Position numbers and translations under genes: made by a program
Assembly: GCA_030390025.1 (NCBI GenBank)
Contig: CM059431.1
Location: 152,582,001-152,646,000 of the forward strand
Source of the DNA: Squalus acanthias
Taxonomy: Eukaryota
Length of the DNA: 64,000 bases
Direction: 5' to 3'
Shown: one piece after another, positions 59,733 to 64,000 of the stretch
Layout of the letters: every line of letters starts with the position of its first letter
Position numbering within the stretch: position 1 is the first letter of the stretch
The notes under the pieces: generated by a model
What the model saw: the letters and a program-made list of their open reading frames with translations, nothing else
Databases searched by the model: none
What the model was told of the DNA's origin: nothing

Positions 59733-62700
59733 ATAAGAACAAAAGAATTAGGAGCAGGAGTTGTCCATACGGCCCCTCGAGCTTGCTCCCCAATTCGATA
59801 AGACCATGGCTGATCATCGACCTCAGCTCCACTATCCCGCACGAGCTCCATATCCTTTGATTCCCCTACAGTCCAAAAATCTAACTATATCTGCATTGAA
59901 TATAAGATTCAGCATCCAACTCCCTCTGGTGCAGAGAATTCAAAAGATTCAGAGCACACTGTGTGATGAAATTACTTCTCATCTCAGTCTTAAATGGCCG
60001 ACCCCTTAGTCTGTGAATATGCCCCCTAGTTCTAGACTCTACATCCAGGTGAAACAAGCTCTCAGCATCTACCCTGTCAATCCCCCTCAGAATCATATAT
60101 GTTTTAGTGAGATCCCCTCATTCTTCTAAACTCCAGAGAATATAGGCCCAATCTTATCAATCTCGCTTCATAGGGCAACCCTCTCATAGAAACATAGAAA
60201 CATAGAAAATAGGTGCAGGAGTAGACCATTCGGTCCTTCGAGCCTGCACCGCCATTTAATGCGTTTATGGCTGAACATGCTACCTCAGTACCCCATTCCT
60301 GCTTTCTCGCCATACCCCTTGATCCCCATAGTTGTGAGTATTATATCTAACTCCCTTTTGAATATATTTAGCGAACTGGCCTCAACAACCTTCTGTGGTA
60401 GAGAATTCCACAGATTCACCAATCTCTGGGTGAAGAAGTTCCATCTCATCTCAGTCTTAAATGGCTTCCCCTTTATCCTTCGACTGTGGCCCCTGGTTTT
60501 AGTTTCCCTAACATTGGAAACATTCTGCCCGCATCTAATTTGTCTAAACCAGTCAGGATTTTAAACGTCTCTATAAGATCCCCCCTGATTCTTCTGAACT
60601 CCAAAGGATACAAGTTCAGTTGATCCAGTCTTTCTTGATATGTCAGTCTGGCCATCCCAGGATCAATCTAGTGAACCTTCGTTGCACTCCCTCAATAGCA
60701 AGAATGTCCTTCCTCAAGTTAGGAGACCAAAACTGCACACAATACTCCAGGTGTGGCCTCACCAAGGCCCTGTACAACTGTAGCATCACCTCCCTACTCC
60801 TGTACTCAAATCCCCTTGCTATGAAGGCCATCATGCCATTTGCTTTCTTGACTGCCTGCTGCACTTGCCTTCCCACCTTCAGTGACTGATGTACCATGAC
60901 GCCCAGGTCTCGTTGCACCTCCCCTTTCCCTAATCTGCCACCATTCAGGTAATAGTCTGCCTCCCTATTTTTACCACCAAAGTGGATAACCTCACATTTA
61001 TCCACATTGTACTTCATCTGCCATATATTTGCCCATTCACCCAAACTGTCCAAGTCACTCTGTAGCCTCCTAGCATCCTCCTCATTGTTCACACTGCCTC
61101 CCAATTTAGTGTCATCCGCAAATTTGGAGATATTACAATGAATCCCTTCGTCCAAATCATTAATATATAATGTAAACAGCTGGGGCCCCAGCACCGAACC
61201 CTGCGGTACCCCGCTGGTCACTGCCTGCCATTCTAAAAAGTACCCATTTACTCCTACTCTTTGTTTCCTGTGTGCCAACCAGTTCTCAATCCATGTCAAC
61301 ACATTACCCCCAATCCCATGTGCTTTAACTTTGCACACCAATCTCTTGTGTGGGACCTTGTCGAAGGCCTTCTGAAAGTCCAAATACACCACATCTACTG
61401 GTTCCCCCCCCGTCCACCCTATTGGAAACATCCTCAAAACATTCCAGAAGATTTGTCAAGCATGAATTCCCTTTCACAAATCCATGCTGACTTGGACCTA
61501 TCATGTCGCCACTTTCCAAATGGTCTGTTATGACATCTTTAATAATTGATTCCATGATTTTACCCACCACCGATGTCAGGCTGACCGGTCTATAATTCCC
61601 TGCTTTCTCCCTCCCTCCTTTTTTAAAAAGAGGGGTTACATTAGCCACCCTCCACTGCTTCGGAACTGATCCAGAGTCTAAAGAATTTTGGAAAATGATC
61701 GTCAATGCATCCACTATTTCCAAGGCCACCTCCTTAAGTACTCTGGGATGCAGACCATCAGGCCCTGGAGATTTATCAGCCTTCAGTCCCCTCAATTTCC
61801 CCAACACCTTTTCGCGACTGATAAGGATTTCCCTCAGCTCCTCCCTCTTACCAGATCCTTTGATCTATTTTATTTCCGGAAGGTTCTTTGTGTCCTCCAC
61901 AGTAAACACCGAACCAAAGTACTTGTTCAATTGATCTGCCATGTATTTGTTCCCCGTTATGACTTCCCCTGTTTCTGACTGCAGGGGACCTACGTTTGAT
62001 TTTACTATCCTCTTTCTTTTTACATATTTATAGAAGCTTTTGCAGTCCGTTTTAATGTTCTTAGCAAGCTTCCTTTCATATTTTATTTTCCCTGCCCTAA
62101 TCAAACCCTTTGTCCTCCTCTGCTGAGTTTTAAAGTTCTCCCAGTCCCCGGGTTTGCTGCTACTTCTGGCCAATTTGTATGCCACTTCCTTGCTTTTAAT
62201 ACTATCCCTGATTTCCCTTGTTAGCAATGGTTGAGCCACCTTCCCTTTTTTATTTTTACGCCAGACAGGGATGTACAATTGCTGTAGTTCATCCATGCGA
62301 TCTCTAAATGTCTGCCATTGCCCTTCCACTGATAACCCCTTAAATATCGCTTGCCGCCAATCTAACCTCGCCAATTCACGCCTGATACCCTCAAAGTTGC
62401 CCTTATTTAAGTTCTGGTCCATGGTCTCTGAATTAACTGTTTCCTTCTCCATCCTAATGTAGAACTCCACCATACTATGGTCACTCTTCCCCAAGGGGCC
62501 TCGCACCACAAGATTGCTGATTAGTCCTTCCTCATTACACAACACCCAATCCAGGATAGCCTCCCCTCTAGTTGGTTCCTCAACATGTTGGTTTAGGAAA
62601 CCATCCCTTAAACACTCCAGGAAATCATCCTCCACCGTATTGCTTCCAGTTTGAGTAGCCCAATCTATATGCATATTAAAGTCACCCATGATAACTGCTG

Positions 62701-64000
62701 CGCCTTTTTTGCATGCACCACCGATTTCCTGTTTCATACCCTCCCCCACCTCACTACTACTGTTTGGAGGTCTGTACACAACCCCGACTAACGTTTTCTG
62801 CACTTTGGTGTTCTGCAGCTCAACCCATATTGATTCCACATCCTCCAAGCTAATGTCCTTCCTAGTTATTGCATTAATCTCCTTTTTAACCAGCAATGCT
62901 ACCCCACCCCCTTTTCCTTTTATTATATCCTTCCTGAATGTTGAATACCCCTGGATATTCAGTTCCCAGCCTTGATTGTTCTGGAGCCACGTCTCTGTAA
63001 TCCCAATCACATCATATCCGTTAACATCAATTTGCACAGTCAATTCATCCACCTTATTACGGATACTCCTTGCATTAAGACACAGAGCCTTTAGGCTTGT
63101 TTTATTAACACCCTTTGTCCTTTTAGACTTATGATTTAGTATGGCCCTTTGTGTTTCTTGCCTTTGTTTACTCGGATTTCCCTTATTGTTTCTCACCCTT
63201 CTAACATTTGTTTCTGACTGCATATTACTTCCCCCTGTTTCGCTACATAGGTTCCCATTCCCCTGCCATATTAGTTTAAATCCACCCGAACTGCCTTAGC
63301 AAATATTACCCCGAGGACATCGGTTCCAGTCCTGCCCAAGTGCAGACCGTCCCTTTTGTACAGGTCCCACTTCCCCCAGAACTGGTTCCAATGCCTCAGG
63401 TATTTGAATCCCTCCCTCCTGCAACACTGCTCAAGCCACGTATTTAATCTCGCTATCCTGTTCATGCTACTCTGATTAGCACGTGGCACTGGTAGCAACC
63501 CAGAGATTACTACCTTTGAGGTCCTACATTTCAATTTAGCTCCTAGCTCCCTAAATTCTGCTTGTAGGACCTCTTCCCGCTTTTTACCTATATCGTTGGT
63601 ACCTACATGCACCACGACAGCTGGCTCTTCACCCTCCCTTTCCAGAATGTTCTGCAGCCGCTCCGAGATATCCTTGACCCTTGCACTAGGGAGGCAACAT
63701 ACCATCCTTGAATCTCGGTTGCGGCCACAGAAACTCCTGTCTATTCCCCTTACAATTGAGTCCCCTATCACTATAGCTCTACCACTCTTTTTCCAGCCCT
63801 GCTGTGCGGAATCCCAAGATTCAATCTACTGAACCTTCTTTGTACCGTCTCTACGGCAAGTATATACTTCCTCAGAAAAGGAGATCCAAACTGTGCACAT
63901 TACTCCAGGTGTGGTCTCATGAAAGCCTTGTACAATTGCAGCAAAACTTCCTTACTCTTATACTCCAACCCCCTTGCATTAAAGACCAGCATCCCATTTG
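59733..64000 (-). mobile_element. Host CR1 fragment (59733-60186, resuming 63811-64000) split by a nested CR1
   Basis: ...gcaaccctctcat joins atcccaagattcaatc..., restoring contiguous CR1 sequence. Confidence 0.85.
60185..63810 (-). mobile_element. Long young CR1: ORF1 esterase (63271-63771) and ORF2 APE-RT (63223 to ~60285) with a few frameshifts; 5'-truncated
   Basis: GDSIVRG, HVGTND, DGLHL; LCLNARSIRNK, GITETW, VYRPP, MGDFN, SDH; RT motifs; (catagaaa)n tail. Confidence 0.96.

Overview
Vertebrate genomic DNA, most likely a cartilaginous fish (shark). This is inferred from HER1-like CR1 LINEs, Deu-domain SINEs, a two-exon GPR139-like receptor and a fish-type NLR exon layout. Well over half of the window is transposon-derived. 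It contains many CR1 LINE copies (two near full-length, two nested insertions), a near-intact Penelope-like element (RT + GIY-YIG), further Penelope fragments with minimal hammerhead ribozymes, SINEs of two families with their LINE tail partners, hairpin-rich MITEs, a probable solo LTR, a 5-kb 25-bp satellite and several mini/microsatellites. Host genes are an intact GPR139-like GPCR (24169-27247, +), an NLR (NACHT-LRR) gene on the - strand whose ATPase core is deleted and which carries a premature stop, an orphan GCNT3-like terminal exon, and a tRNA-Thr(CGT)-derived gene split in its T-loop by a 93-bp locally templated insert. The best novelty candidates are: (1) two dissimilar MITEs sharing an outward-facing CCAAT/E-box plus splice-donor cassette at identical spacing; (2) a young 601-bp inverted-repeat Penelope-type insertion with a 13-bp TSD and a hammerhead on each strand; (3) the split tRNA; (4) the ATPase-less NLR. 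All calls were made by eye, no database searches were run, and boundaries of old repeats are approximate.
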